Assembly: GCA_977030845.1 (NCBI GenBank)
Contig: OZ365115.1
Span: forward strand, 11,098,001 to 11,162,000
Direction of reading: 5' to 3'
From: Fimbriosthenelais zetlandica
Taxonomy: Eukaryota
DNA: 64,000 nucleotides
Below are positions 38,901 through 52,083 of this stretch, piece by piece. Every line of letters starts with the position of its first letter. Position 1 is the first letter of the stretch. Under the pieces are notes generated by a model. The model was given only the letters and a program-made list of their open reading frames with translations. It ran no database searches and had not been told where the DNA came from. The position numbers and the translations under genes are program-made.

Positions 38901-41900
38901 ATGAGCTCCTATATAAAGAGCAGTTCCCAGCAGAAAACGACATACAAAGTTCAGGTGGGTCATACCTGACTCATACCAATATAATAGGTCAGTCATTTGC
39001 ATAATTAGTGATGTCAGCCTCTTCAAGTGTCTTGGATTATTTATTGCCACTTTCATGGGGTGAGGGTCCCGTATTAGATGCACCAAATCTGATTCTACAG
39101 AACTGAATATTTGAACCCATACGGTCCTGTAAATTTAACAGGACCCCCATGTAATCCGTATTTATACTTCAATTGAAGTCAGCATCTATAGGGACATATT
39201 GGTGCATTTTCAAAGTCCCAAACACTAATTACCCCTTTACCGACTTTCAGGGAAGGCAACTTGAATATAAATGCATATCCTGTACTTTACATCCATACAT
39301 TCATATCATCATAATAAAAAGCCTGACAAAGTGAAATGTTAAGTGGCATACCATTAAAGATTAGAACAACAATTTAAAGGATGTGTCGGCTCCACCACAA
39401 CCAACATCCTGATTATATTTCATATCCTTCTATTACACAACCGCATGATAGAGGATCCTAGATACAACTATCAACAGTTCACACAAGGTTTACAGTAGGA
39501 AATTCTCCACCTCTAAATCCTAATAATACATAATACACATCAACGGGTCAGTGGAGCGACAGACAGGTCCCGGAACAAAGCAATAAAGAGTCGAACTATT
39601 TTCAAAATCAGAAATCACAAAGTTTTTTTCTACTTACCACCGCCATTTTTGTAGCAGAGGTAGGGGAATCTCCAAACATTGCCGAGGCCTACGGCGTAGC
39701 CGATACAGGTGAAGATGAACTCCATCTTGGAGCCCCAGTTACCCCGGTCATCGCCTTCATATAGTCCATTCTCCTCCTCTTCCGCGGCTCTGTTCACACT
39801 AGTCTTACTGGCACCCAATGCTTTATCTATGTCTATCTTTAATGTCACTTTCTTCTTGTCCTGAAAAATAAAAATAAAGATTTTCAGAATTAGCAATTCT
39901 CATAGAGCTCGAGCTTTATGCAGAGAAAAAATGAATTATTTTCTTTTCCTTGCCCTAAAAAGAAAAGTTTATTTTTCAAAGAGTTCAAAATTATAAGCTT
40001 AAATAAGCATTACTACTAAATCTAAATGATAATTACCAGTTCACCAGCTTGGAAAACGAAAATAAAATATTAAAAGATGTACGAGACTAAAAATGTCGAT
40101 ATAACTATTTGCAAACCTACAACGAAAAGGGACGAGGAAAAAGAATGTTATCATGAAATATTCAATATATTAGTTAACAACATCAACAAGAACTTAATTT
40201 AAATAATAATTGCAAATGTCCAAGAAAAATCCAAAACATATGGAAGGTTCTCCAGTGTAGAAACAAGCCTTGTGAAATTCCATTCTCCATGATTGTGATG
40301 CTTGGAAATAAATTATTGTGAAACCAGGAAAACAAAAATCTATTGAGTATTGTAACCTTAAAACTAAGTGATAAGTGAGGGGGTGGTTCTTAAATATAAC
40401 ATTGTGATCATAATAAATAAAAGGTAATAATAAATATTGATGGATGCAATTGGCTATTATAATGGCGTCATATGATAATAATAATATGGCATAATCTGTC
40501 TTGTTTATGTTTAAAGAATAAAAATGAATCAAAACAAATGAGAACCAATTGATATCAAATACGCAAGATACTCATTTGCATGTACATTTACATATACATT
40601 CGTCACTCCATTGAGATAGAAGAAAAACCAGCAAAACTATACACAGGATCCAGTTCAAAATATATTTTGCCATATATGATGATTCGAAAAGCTTGTGCTA
40701 TGAATATATATCTAAGCCCTTACAAAAATAATGGATTTACTCAAAACCGTTCCCATGTAACAGTTCCCATCAGCAAAGATAGTGGAGAATTCTCCACTAT
40801 CTTTGCCATCAGCATTAGCGAGGGGACTGAACAAAAAAATACTTTTGTTGTTCTGCCCCCAAACCAGACAGTAAATCATCCTAAATTCCATTCCTTCATT
40901 ATATCTGCAACTGACAGATAAATTAGTGGTAAGATATGGTAGTAATTACCCTGTTTTATGGTTGGTTTATATCTGGGTCTTGTTGACACAGTTCAGTGAA
41001 AATGGGTCATTTATTTCGACCGAGAATGTCCCTGAAGCTTCCTTCAAATCAGATAACAGGTACATCTTTAACGTTTGCCAATTGTATAACAGACCTGCCA
41101 AAATATCTTGGAAAACATACCACTAAGTCTATCCTAATTTGCTTGTACAGCCTTCATTTCATTCTCAAAGAAGAAAGAGGAAACAAAATAAAACTAAATA
41201 ACGAAAACAGTGTGAAGATTGCTCTTTTGGCCTAATTGATTTTTTTAATTTTCAGTAATTTTAATTGCACACAACTGCCACAGACATTCAACACTGAAAG
41301 AACAGAAGTATTTAAAGCTAATCTTGCTTGAATAAAAGAGTTCCAAGGATAAGTAAGGACTTTTAAGAACCATGTCTTGGTCCCCTCCAACTATACAGTG
41401 TATCTTTTTTAAAATCACTTGGCAGTGTATGATACCATTACGACTGCAAAAATAACTGCCTTCATGATTTATGCATTAAGAATAGAAATTTTTTCCCATG
41501 GGATCTGAAAGATTTCTCTGATCCTTCCCCTGTGGTAAACCAACCACCTGCATGAAATCAGTAGCAAAAACTTCAAAAGAAAGGACCGATGACCACGATA
41601 GATATGGGAAAAAATAGGAACCGAAACTTTATGCAGGGTTAGGATTCAGGCTATTTTGTTGCATAATTATATCTAACTGGAGGGGATATAATTATGTACT
41701 TTCCATCTACATATATGTAGTATGGAATTAGTCACGGTGCTTTGAGTCAGAAGCAATAGCTCTAATATAACTGTTGTTATTATAAAATGGAAACACGTAC
41801 ATAATCTACATATGGGAATTAGAGACATAGAGTGAGTTTTACCTTTATACATTGACATATTAACATGATTGGCTGCTCAGAAACAGCTATTAGCATTCCT

Positions 41901-44900
41901 GAAAAGGGAATTGTCTGTTTGCCAAGCATTTGCAAAGACATATGTCAAGATAAGTAGTTATGAAGAGCGATATTTCTGCCAAATGTCTGTATACATTAAA
42001 GTTGGGACTTGTCTCATAAGAAACCTTGCGCTACATTAGGTCAGAGCCATTCTATGGGTTAATGTTGGACATTTTCGGTTTGAAACAGGCATTTCACTCG
42101 CCGATAAGCTTGAGTGGATTGACAATTATCTCAAATAACATTGATTTAAACTATTTGACTTTACAATAGTACTTAAGTCTTGAGATGTAATTTGCCTGTC
42201 AGAAACCACCAGTAACCCATATAGATCTATTCTATCCAGGGATAGAATAGCATCCATAAATAGCATCCCTTTTCTCAATACCTTCCATTTGCGGACCAAA
42301 TTTATGCATATTGAAAAAGTGAAATCACATCTTTTAGAAAAAGTTTCAGATAAACAATGATATATGAAATTTGAAGCAATTATGAGTTGAAATTACCCTT
42401 TTGAAAAGTGTTTAAAGGGGGGAGATGCCCTGTTACTGGTTTTAGAAAGGGATTGAACAGGGGTTCTTTTTATACCATAGCCATAACACTGATGCCCCTA
42501 TACTCAAATTGCCCTTTGGACCATACGGGTGATTTGTAAGCGAAGCTGTGCACAGTACTTGCATTGTAGAAGATAAGATGGTTTCAGGACAGGAAATGGC
42601 TGAAATTATCTTATGCATGCTGGGATATGACCCGACCGTAGCGACATCTAGTGAAGCAGAAATGAAGCATGACTGTGAAATCTCTAATTTCAACCTCAAG
42701 GCAAACTCAGTGTTAAATGCAAAGCAAAGTATATAGGAGACTTGACCCACAGGTCAGCAGCAAAGATAAGCGCTAAAATGAAAATGATATCCAACTTAAA
42801 ACCACAAAATTATGATAAATTTCTTCTGATAAAGGCTAAAAGAAAAAGGCTCGTTTAGATTTGTATAAATCCATGATACACAATTTACTTGAATGCTTTT
42901 ACATTTTGAACAGAATCCTATTTCAGAAAAACAGTTTTCATGCAAATAATGGACAAAATATTGCACTCTACATAAGGTACAATAACATTTGGTTTATCTT
43001 GCCCAATCCCAATGGTGAATCCGTACTGAAAATGCTTAATCCCCCATTAGGCTTGGAGCAATAGAGCAGTAGCAAATCACAGCCAAGTACTGGTATAGAC
43101 TGGCATAAAGCAGGCCTGGGAAGCCCTGGGAGGTAGACCTACACTAGAAGCAGAGCACAGTACTTGGTCTATTGGGTAGGCATTATAATTCATATTGGTC
43201 ACACAATATACAACAGATGGACTGATGCTGCATACCTTTGTCCCATCCCAACCAAAGCATCCGTATAATATGCACTTAATATATTCACTGGGATGGTGGC
43301 GAAAAATTGCCATGAAAATCAGGGGACACTCGTTCGGGTTTGACACCAATAAGAAAAAGCATAACAACTGACAAACTAGGGCAATGAAGACTGATGGGAA
43401 GCAGTGCCATAACATTACCTTGCCCATTCTCTTGGCCTTCATTTAGAGCAGGTTCGCCATTAATATTCTTTGCAGGTATATGTTTTAAGTCTTCTAATAT
43501 ATTTTCTAGATTATGGCAGAGAATGATTCATGATCCATCAGCAAAGTTACAGAGCATGACAGAAAATGTATTTCAATTCAGATTGCCATCCATTCATTCC
43601 GATAAAAGCATCTTTTGACATACCAGCATAATAACACTTGACACACTGTAACAAATGCAGTTTTTACTGTAGTCAAAAACGCAATCGACAATTCTTCGAA
43701 CTTTACTGTCATTTTTGTTCGCTTCGTCGGTTTTTCAATACTTCGGGCTGTTTCAGAAAAATGTGTCATTAGCCACTGTGAGTTGATGGCACATATTCCT
43801 TAAAGAAGCCCCAGTTCTTTATCAAACTTGAAATCACATGAGTACCTGGATGAACAGAAGTAAGAAAATAAGAACTTTGGCAGTTGTCACACCAGCACAC
43901 AATAGATAGTCTAACTGATCATTTTAGACATGCAATTGATAATTGTATAGGCCTACATGAATACATTGTATTGGTGTGACCAAAGCTGTTATTTTCATTT
44001 TCCCACATTTCCCCAGATTTTTATGATCTAAAACTGTTGCGACAGATAGAACTCCTGATCTCAATAGATCTTCTTTGTTCTAGCTAGATCCTAAAAGCCA
44101 GTCCCATCTAGTATAGCACTTGTTCATCGTAACTCAACGAATGTATACCATAAGAAGAGTGGCGATCTCTTCAGGATAAAACTACATTAGTCTGCAATCC
44201 TATACTGACCTTTATCTATACAGTACATTATGCTGGGAGCGACAAGACAAGGGAATCTATCAGTCAATATTTCCATAAGCTCAGTAAAAAATCAAATCTC
44301 CAGCGATGAATATGTCTCTCGAGATGTACAAATATGCAATAAATACATGTATATACTATAGATATATGCACCTATTTCCAAGATCTGTGATCTTTCCAAA
44401 AAGCAAGAAAAAATGCAAACAAAACTCAAATCAAACCGACTACTGATCCACCAATGGTTATATTATCATACATGACAACATTATCAAAAATGCTTGATAT
44501 TCTTTGACCTGAGAGTCCCAATCCATTCCCCCAATAATATTCCCCACCAAAGAGAAAATTGCATTGGGATTAAAACCGAATGCAATAATACAAAACAAAC
44601 CATTGATAGATCAGCAGCTACATAAATGCACTTGTCAACCGAACTCCAGGGGAAAATCGATATATTTATAGGAAGATATTTTCAAGGGAATTGTGAAATA
44701 TAGTTGAGGAACTGAGGCTTATAAAACCAACACGTTATCTTATTTGAACCTGCTAGTGAAAGAACTTAAAATAATGTCTTAATTCATAAATGAACTGTTC
44801 CAAAGGCTTAGGTGCAGTCTAAACTGGAACAAATTGAAAACGTGGGAATAGAAATTGACAAGTGCATTAAAAAGTGGAGAATACTGTGATGGAAGGAATA

Positions 44901-47900
44901 GAGAATCAGTCACACTCACAGTCTTATGTAAAGCTTACACGTATATCAGAATCACCCAAAACCAATCATAATAAACAAAATTATAATAAGGGACTAAAGT
45001 GTTAAATAACCTTGTAACTGATGATGGGTATCTTGCTGATCTGAAAAAGAGTTAAATGACAACAAGAATGAGCAAATGAATTAAATTGAAACTAATAATT
45101 GATGTGTTTAAAGCGGGGCCTTGTTGAACAACAGGTGAACCTTGGCTTTCAAAAGCATATTTATAAGCATAATTTTCACTCAAGTTAATATTGAAAGCAG
45201 TATATTCCAATTAAATATGTCTATACAAAATGTATCGATTTCCATGTAGACAGACGTTGTACATTGCCAATAACAATTTTTAAGTCAAACAAGTTCATAA
45301 AAATAATAAATTATATACATCTCATATTTCAATGTACATATGTCTGCTTTGGATTAGTTTTCTTAAAAATAATGAAATAAAAGATTTAATATGAAGGATA
45401 ATAAAACATATTGCATAGAAACATACAATACACACTATCTCTGAAAGGAAGTAGGCAGGTGATGAGAAATAAAAAGGATAATAAAAAAATGAAAATATAA
45501 AACCACAAGAAGATGCGGAACCAGAGAAGCATGAATCTTTCCTTTGAGCTATTAATAACCCATAATCAATTAAGATGATTCTTAATTAACTCTCATTAAG
45601 GCTGAATTAAGGTCATGGTAATGAGCGGTAATCTCCTAGAGTCGTACCAGACTGGATCTGACTTGATGGGGGAAGGATTCAAAGGATTGTGCCTTGAGGA
45701 AATAGAGATTTAGCTTGGAAATCAGAAGCTGATAATTATTCCCATGTATTTGTGATTAGGGCGCTACACCAGGATTAATTAGGATAGACCCAATTGTATT
45801 TTATATGTATATGGCAGCGATCTTCTTCCTTGATCCATTTATATATTCTTGCTTAAGATATACCCCTTAGTCATTTACATCCTTAATCCATCATCTCATG
45901 ATTTAATTATGAACTTATAATGCTCATTTTTATTTATATTATTCCTCACAAAAATTTCCCAAGATGGTAAATACATGTATTTCCTGATTATGGAAGGCCG
46001 GATTCTGCTCCTTTAGTTTAAGCATAAAATGTTTAAGGCAAAGGTGATATCCCCAACTTCTTTCTCTCCAAATTAGAAACGCTGAGACTTACATACTCCC
46101 TGCCACGTGACTAGTCTGTTAAAGGTCAAATAAAGGTCACCTCATCAAGGTTTTATACCGGAGCTCAAACTTTGCATGTGTTATAATTCAATAATGATTC
46201 CGGAAAAGACTAACTCTAATTAAAAATGTCACATGACACCAGCTATAATCTCTGAGTGTGATTGTTTTGTATTGCTTTAAGAGTTTATATTTCATTCTGA
46301 AAGCTGCATTAAATATTTTACAAATATTTTAATGATATCTTCATGAAATCCATACCGAGAATATATATTTGGTAAAGGATAGACATATATATCAATACGC
46401 CTGCCAGGGCGCATACAATCGATAATTTGTGAGACAGGGATTCACTCACAAATAACGGTCACAGCTGTTATCGAAGGATGAGAAAAATAGTGATGACAAA
46501 TGTCAATATATAACATCCACAGTGATACTAATTTATTTATAACTGTAGGATGATCGTCACAAATCTCCTTGTATTTTAGCTGGGAATTCCAATTTGGGTT
46601 GAAAGTAAAAATCGTAAATAACACTTAAACACTATACCTAAAAATCGATTAGAGACATAGTAAATTGACAAAGTATCCTAAATAAGAAAAATAACTGGCA
46701 AAAGCACAGTCACACACATTCTCTCTTCCCTTTCTTTGCCCTTCCCACCAGACTGAGTCCTGGCACCCACTTTTAACATATATGATTCACATTGGCAGAT
46801 CTGTACATTTGTCAAGCCTGCGTGCCTTTTCCAGGGGAATACCCTTTCTAATATAGTAAGTAGAAAGGTATTCTACCCCATAATTGGGACTTCATAATTA
46901 TAATTGCCGATAGACACAGTTCCTAGACTAGAGGCACCCGGAAACGCAAGCCCCGCCCCCACACCTCCCCCTCACCCACACACACATGTAGTACCATCCA
47001 TTACCTAAAGATTTTTGCGGCTCTGTCACCTCACCTTCAGCCTGAGCCTACATTAATACTGATGGGTGAGTGTCAGTAGATATAGGGGGCTAGTTTACTG
47101 CCATCTGTCAGCCCATCATAACCGCCTTTTATTCCACTTAGTTTCTAATTTTTTTTATCATTGCCTATCATTGCCATGCATTGATCTCATCTGCGGGAAT
47201 TCTGTTTCCCTGATCAATTTGAAGTAAGCTATAGGCCTATAGGGAGAATGGCCAGATGTGATGTGACGGTCCCTACTTAAGTTATACAAAAAATGCTAAT
47301 GACATGTCATTCATGTAATACTACATGTTAGCAAATGAGTATCCCATTAGCATTCAGCTAATTTGTAATGTATACATGAATATTCATCGAAGTTAATGGA
47401 TCCTATCTCTAATCATCGATCAGAACAATAGGACATTAGCTACCATGATCTAATAATAAATTAATAATATAGTATAACCATTTCGGATACTTGATAATTG
47501 CCTTGATCACCTAAATCAAACTTCAAAATGGCCGCCGCGTGGCGCCACCATCTCCCGGGTGGTAGCGCTCAAGGGATGTAGGAGTAGGGATAAAGTGAGA
47601 GAGGGGGTGACAACAGCAAGAAAAACAGCCAAACCAATAAGCATGCTGACTAACGTGGAACATTAGTCACTGAAAGGCGATGATGACAATATTGTTAGAG
47701 TTAAAGTCATGGAGGGAATTGGGAGGCTTTACTTAATAAGGGCCTACTCTCTTCATTATTGCGATCTTCATTAAAACGTCGTTCACTGCTCTAATATTAA
47801 TTTTGTCTAAATTATATCTCTTTGCAGCAGATTAAATTAAGTATTGTCTTTGTTGTCTCTGACAACACATGTTTGAATGAAATTATACGAAATGTTTGCA

Positions 47901-50900
47901 TTTGCGAGGTTCACCCTAAATGCCTTCCTCGTGTCATTGGCATTCCATTATGAGATGGTATTCTATTGAAACCATATTTGTATGAACTTGGCAGCTAATC
48001 AAGACCACATCATGTGATTTACTATAATACTATAGATTTACTATCTTAAAATGGAAGCACGATACATTATGTGTAATTAAACACAAAGGTTAAGTGTGTA
48101 TAATTTGGCGGGGTATGGGTTGAGACCTGTGGTTGTATGGAAGGCTCTACATTCCAGCCTACAATACCAGTACATTCTGGGTTTGTCTGCCTTCTAGATC
48201 CCCACATGTGAGCACACCTTGATCTGGAGTAGATTTTGACACCACTCCAGCACCAGGAAAAAAACCTGGCGGCGCTCCCACGTACCTCTAGCTGCTACTA
48301 GGTTGATAAGCAGCTTACACTGATAGATTTTACAGTAAATACTTTTAAAAAAACTGCTACAAAATTGCAAGAAAGGCCATTTTTTATACATCATGTCCGA
48401 AAAGCTTCAAAGGTAAATGAAGATGTCATGTGTTTAGTGTGGGTAATAAAAAGGGATATTAATATTATTTTTGTTTGATTAGCCTCAGTATTATGAGGTG
48501 GTTGAGTTGGTTGATGTTAAAGGTATTGACAGATGGTGTTTGGTGGTGTGCATGGTCTCACTGAGTGCAATATTAATGTTAATACATGTATTGTTATGAT
48601 AATTTGTACCCAAATATATAACTACATGTACAACCAAACACTACATGTATTGCAGTTAACCTTATACAATGTACATGTACATGTATTACCATGAATTTTA
48701 AATAGTTTAATACATTATTTACGAGATCGTTCAATAATTCAATCATGACAAAAAGGCTCATGATTGGAATTTAAAATGGCAAAAAGGCTTATTAATTAGC
48801 GTATAAATTTGCTTTAAGTATAGGTTTCAAACAGATGCCACAGCTGCATGGATTTCTAGTTATTTTCCAATCATAAAACCGCACCTCAATACCCACATAA
48901 AATGGGGGGCCAGGTAGATCAGGCTAATACTATTAGCGTGCTGTGAATATACAGGGAGCTATAGATAGAAACATCCTCTTATGGAAGCACTGATGGCATC
49001 AAAGGGTGTACTTAAAGTAGAGAGCACAATTTTGTGTTGTACCCAAAGTGCCTCAATGTTTTGTCCCCGAGTCTTGCCTTTGGGGGGATTTGGATGGATT
49101 TATGAGAGTAAATGGGGAAGGGGTGGATAAATGGATATAGAAAAGATGGGGGGCAAAGATGAGAGAATTAGAGAAGAAAGGACAGAAGAGGAGATAAACA
49201 GTAAAAGAACAAAGAAGACCAAGACAAAGAACAACAAAACAAAAGAACAAGAAGTAAAGCAAGGGTATACCTAATATAACGCGGACAAAAGGAAAGGGGA
49301 AAAGAAGAATGGAGAAGGGAAAGTGGGGTGGTGGAGAAGCGGTGATACGAAAGGCAAATTGGATCTGATGACATAACAGGAAAGGTATAGGGAACACAAG
49401 TTATATTTAATCTTAAGTTCGTGCGACATTTGAAGACACGACTGTGCTACCATAGATGCATCAGAATGACCAAGATAAGTGATAAATAAAGGTGTGGTGG
49501 GGAGGGTAGACTATTCAACCATCTCCTCACCTCATTCTATCTGATCTCAGGGTAGTATGACACGCTTCAGTAACTCAAACATCCCTCAGCTTTTATTGCC
49601 CACACGCAAATGCCCCATCCCATACTAAATATAAACCACTCAATGGCATGTATAATCCAGATAAAAACACCCACGGATATGTTTGGTTCCATCATGGAAA
49701 AAGCCAAAACCATTGACATAAACCTGGCATTTCTCTTCTTTAAACTTCGTAGGGGTGTACCATCTGTAATATTTCTAATATTGCGTTGTGTGCTTTTAAT
49801 ATAAAAATGTATTTATATTTGAATTTATGAGAGGTTCAGTCAATAGGGACGAAAAGATAAATAATATAACCCTGCATTGCAGTTAAGGATTCACGCATTA
49901 AATATTTTACGGTTTAAATCGAACCATAATCCATACATAAATGCCTTTTAAATAAATGAAAATCACCTAAATAACCAAGATTTAATCATTTTGAAATACC
50001 CCAGTCTAGTTGACAGAACATATCTACGTATACACACGTATGGGATGCAGTACTAGTGGTTTTACAGTTTTCCTCAAGGTACCTTTCTAACTACTATCTG
50101 ACTCACCGAGAGCCAAGCAGGAAAGTCAATATTATTGTTGATATTGACATTACTGACTGAACTGCTCTCAGTGGAAAAAAACCGCCAACCCACGTGGTTT
50201 CCACGTGTATAAGATGTTAGTGTGAGACCCAGACCCAAACCGGAACTACATGTACCCCTATCTAATATTTGTAACAGTTGTACTATACATGCATGTATAC
50301 TTACACATTATAGTATACTCCTCTTATGATCACAGAATGATGATTAAATCATCATAATGATTGGCATGAAATAGTGTTTGGTTTTGTTATGTAATTTTGG
50401 GATCGTGTACCAGTGAGTTGACAAAACATGTTTGGTTAAAGAGAGGGAAAGGTAAACAGTTGAGTTTTGTCCTATTCTAAACATGAATAGGTTCAAAAGT
50501 TCATACAGAAGAAAACCTGGTATTAAGACTAGTTTTAGATTTGAAGCTGTGTGCTTAAATCCTCAAACTGTAGGCGAATTAACACATAATGTATGTCTAT
50601 ATTTAGTCGCAACAGGACATTCACATTGGCCATTTATTTCTATCGCCTACTATTCCACTTTTATATACGTCATAAAGGTGCAAGCAACTACACCTATTTG
50701 ATTTTTTTTTTACCTCTTCAGTGCTTTCAATCGTGGGCTCTTTATTTTCAGGAGTCCCATTTCCCCATGCAATTTCCTATTATATTGCCCAGTTTCACTG
50801 TCCATCTCTCTCCATATGCTTCTCTGTGACTCTCGATCTCTCTAGTTTTGTCCCCGCCCCCCTCCCTCCATCCCTCACTCATACGATCTCTACCTCCCTT

Positions 50901-51798
50901 GCTCCCTCGACCCCGACCTCTTTCTACCATAACACAGCTCTAGTCTTCTCTTTCTGATTTCCCGCCATCAATAAAACATGCCAGAAGCTTCATGGCAGGC
51001 GATGGAACACTGCAGCCTCGCTCTGGGAGAACGCCCTGGTTCCCAGAAGAGAGGAGGCTGTGCCTCATCGTCTGCTGCTGTAGATGTGCAGCACCAGACT
51101 GACTCCATCCTCGCTACCTGGCACTCAATAACACAGTGGAATACCATGCCAACTCCAACCCCTCAAAACCACACCCTTTTCAATGAACTTTCATTGAAGA
51201 AGGTAGCATTTTTCTTTAACAGAACATTTCGATCCTTCAGAGACAAGAACCCTAACTGAATAATATAATTATGCTGGTGGTATTACCAAGTGTTCAGCCT
51301 AGGCAATTGAATTTAAAGGTTTTCTGCATGTCTGATAAACATTGACAAACATGTAGGCCTAGACATTTCCTTGGCAGAAACTTGTGTAGAAATATACCCT
51401 TTTTCATATTCAATTAATTGGATCAGAACAGCCGGATACGCATTAATACCTCTTGAAAAGTGGAACGAGCAGGTGAACCCATGCAGGTTCGTTGTGAGTG
51501 CCTCATTCCTCTCAACCTTTCTAATCCCTCCCACCCACCTCCCCACCTCCATCCACACGCACACACCCACAACAATACCAACACGACCAAAAATCTCACT
51601 TACTATCTTATTTATGGGTTTGTTGTTTTTCGCCAGGTCTGGCTCATCAAATGGATCCTCCATTGGCGATCCAGGTGTCATGGGTATGCCTGCATGCATT
51701 AAGGGATCCGCCGGATCCGTTTTCTCCATGTTCACCATTGCCACCTCGCCGTTTTCACTCATAGACCGACCCAACAGTTTATTCTCCGGGCCAGGCAT
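17962..51798 (-). CDS. SLC6 Na+/Cl--dependent amino-acid transporter (glycine/proline transporter-like, GlyT/PROT group), 9 coding exons, ~751 aa
   Basis: Exons 51798-51604 (N-terminus, lower certainty), 39860-39638, 22175-22044, 21838-21541, 20654-20180, 19744-19610, 19263-19026, 18758-18496, 18258-17962; 2256 nt in phase. Motifs: [47 protein letters not shown]2 cysteines [51 protein letters not shown] in the C-tail. Confidence 0.93.
23301..23334. repeat. Short perfect hairpin (13-bp stem)
   Basis: tccagacaatgtt-tgcccggc-aacattgtctgga. Confidence 0.7.
27688..29358 (+). CDS. Intronless type-II membrane SGNH/GDSL-fold protein (PC-esterase/NXPE-like; putative glycan O-acyl transferase or esterase), 556 aa from ATG
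   Basis: Single ORF (track start GTG 27676; first ATG 27688). Short cytosolic tail plus hydrophobic anchor ([23 protein letters not shown]), many N-x-S/T sequons, and C-terminal [10 protein letters not shown] (GDS at 28798-28806), LLNSGSWDL and DGRH (DxxH at 29233-29244). AATAAA at 29418-29423. Nested antisense in SLC6 intron 2. Confidence 0.85.
   Translation: MTCSRRTLIITSILLSLTNIILLYELGVFSLHSQQSFLKWTSQHLGRSFTNSKLSQATVDTGKGGSLAKLSQATVDTGKGGSLAKLSQATVDTGKGGSLGLIILRRSIMKKDGLYNISLPSDNIYNLTSMIRNRTTYFLNKTHPLPIQAFLYKFREYIQNEFPGTDMARNIEYNHEWQPQVAVNKGLCRSISKWFNYNITLTVDLPSQVVHINVTEHWTGTGQIPYIPNDLFAIIETKHTKARCSTLYDGNERHERDRIYVIQCPVYDIRPHVNIRACYRHISTYETICPVFPLVTIKERLLIETGPHIDHPVPHSLTQCPLNHTHHKIGFWIRINQVWHWSVRDCYFPLYVSGVLRQGLSDRRRRVLFIGDSHVRCQYSGLLEFYNVSVDFKFSSTSSCLAHILNHRLPSLHKEPIFLLNSGSWDLRFMDLTSYITGMTDVFNAIKKLKSRRPGVRILWLETCAYPYGTTRHNRYRLNRVIEGVNEWVNHNMYRLGVHVIHFYNVSIPMESYTRDGRHYYFYMGPAAVKNKHNVSVGGTMAAIILRYIMADTSDL
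27844..27984 (+). repeat. In-frame coding tandem repeat, 48 nt x ~3 ([16 protein letters not shown])
   Basis: aagctgagccaagccactgtggatacggggaaaggtggaagtttagcc at 27844, 27892 and 27940, with 1-2 substitutions. Confidence 0.95.
33748..33977. other. Assembly gap (230 N)
   Basis: Run of N followed by GA-rich low-complexity sequence. Confidence 1.
34169..34587. mobile_element. Possible TTAA-flanked MITE (degenerate piggyBac-type ends)
   Basis: TTAA|ccccttc at 34165-34175 and aaggggg|TTAA at 34581-34591; the TIR match is short and imperfect. Confidence 0.35.
34616..34733. mobile_element. 118-bp fold-back MITE with TAG...CTA ends
   Basis: 17-bp TIR tagaccctttgttggtt / aaccaacaaagggtcta, plus inner arms cccgtctagtgcgta / tacgcactagacggg and tatactc / gagtata. 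Confidence 0.8.
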
Positions 51799-52059
51799 TT
51801 TCCTGGATAAATATAGTCCTTGGAATCCTATTCAAAGATCCTGCAGGTTTTCTACAGTCACTAGTGTACTCCTTGCTTTTAATGCTATGATATTGTCACA
51901 GGTTGTGTTTTGGGTGTGTATGCAGGGCTTATATTATTATTGCCTGCCTGTTGCTCTTGTTCATTCACCCTCTCTTGCTCTGGCTCTGCAATACTAAATT
52001 CTGTCTGCTACTACCTCTCCTCGCACTTACTATAATAACCACGGGCTGCCGGGCCTTGG

Positions 52060-52083
52060 CCAATCAGAAAGAAGGGGCGTGGC
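52060..52083. promoter_or_regulatory. CCAAT box plus GC-box just upstream of the first SLC6 coding exon
   Basis: ccaat 52060-52064 and ggggcgtggc 52074-52083, about 260 bp 5' of ATG 51798. Confidence 0.45.

Noticed and set aside
49053-49453. Three overlapping hydrophobic ORFs as a membrane protein
   Set aside because: They arise from a GA-rich low-complexity tract.
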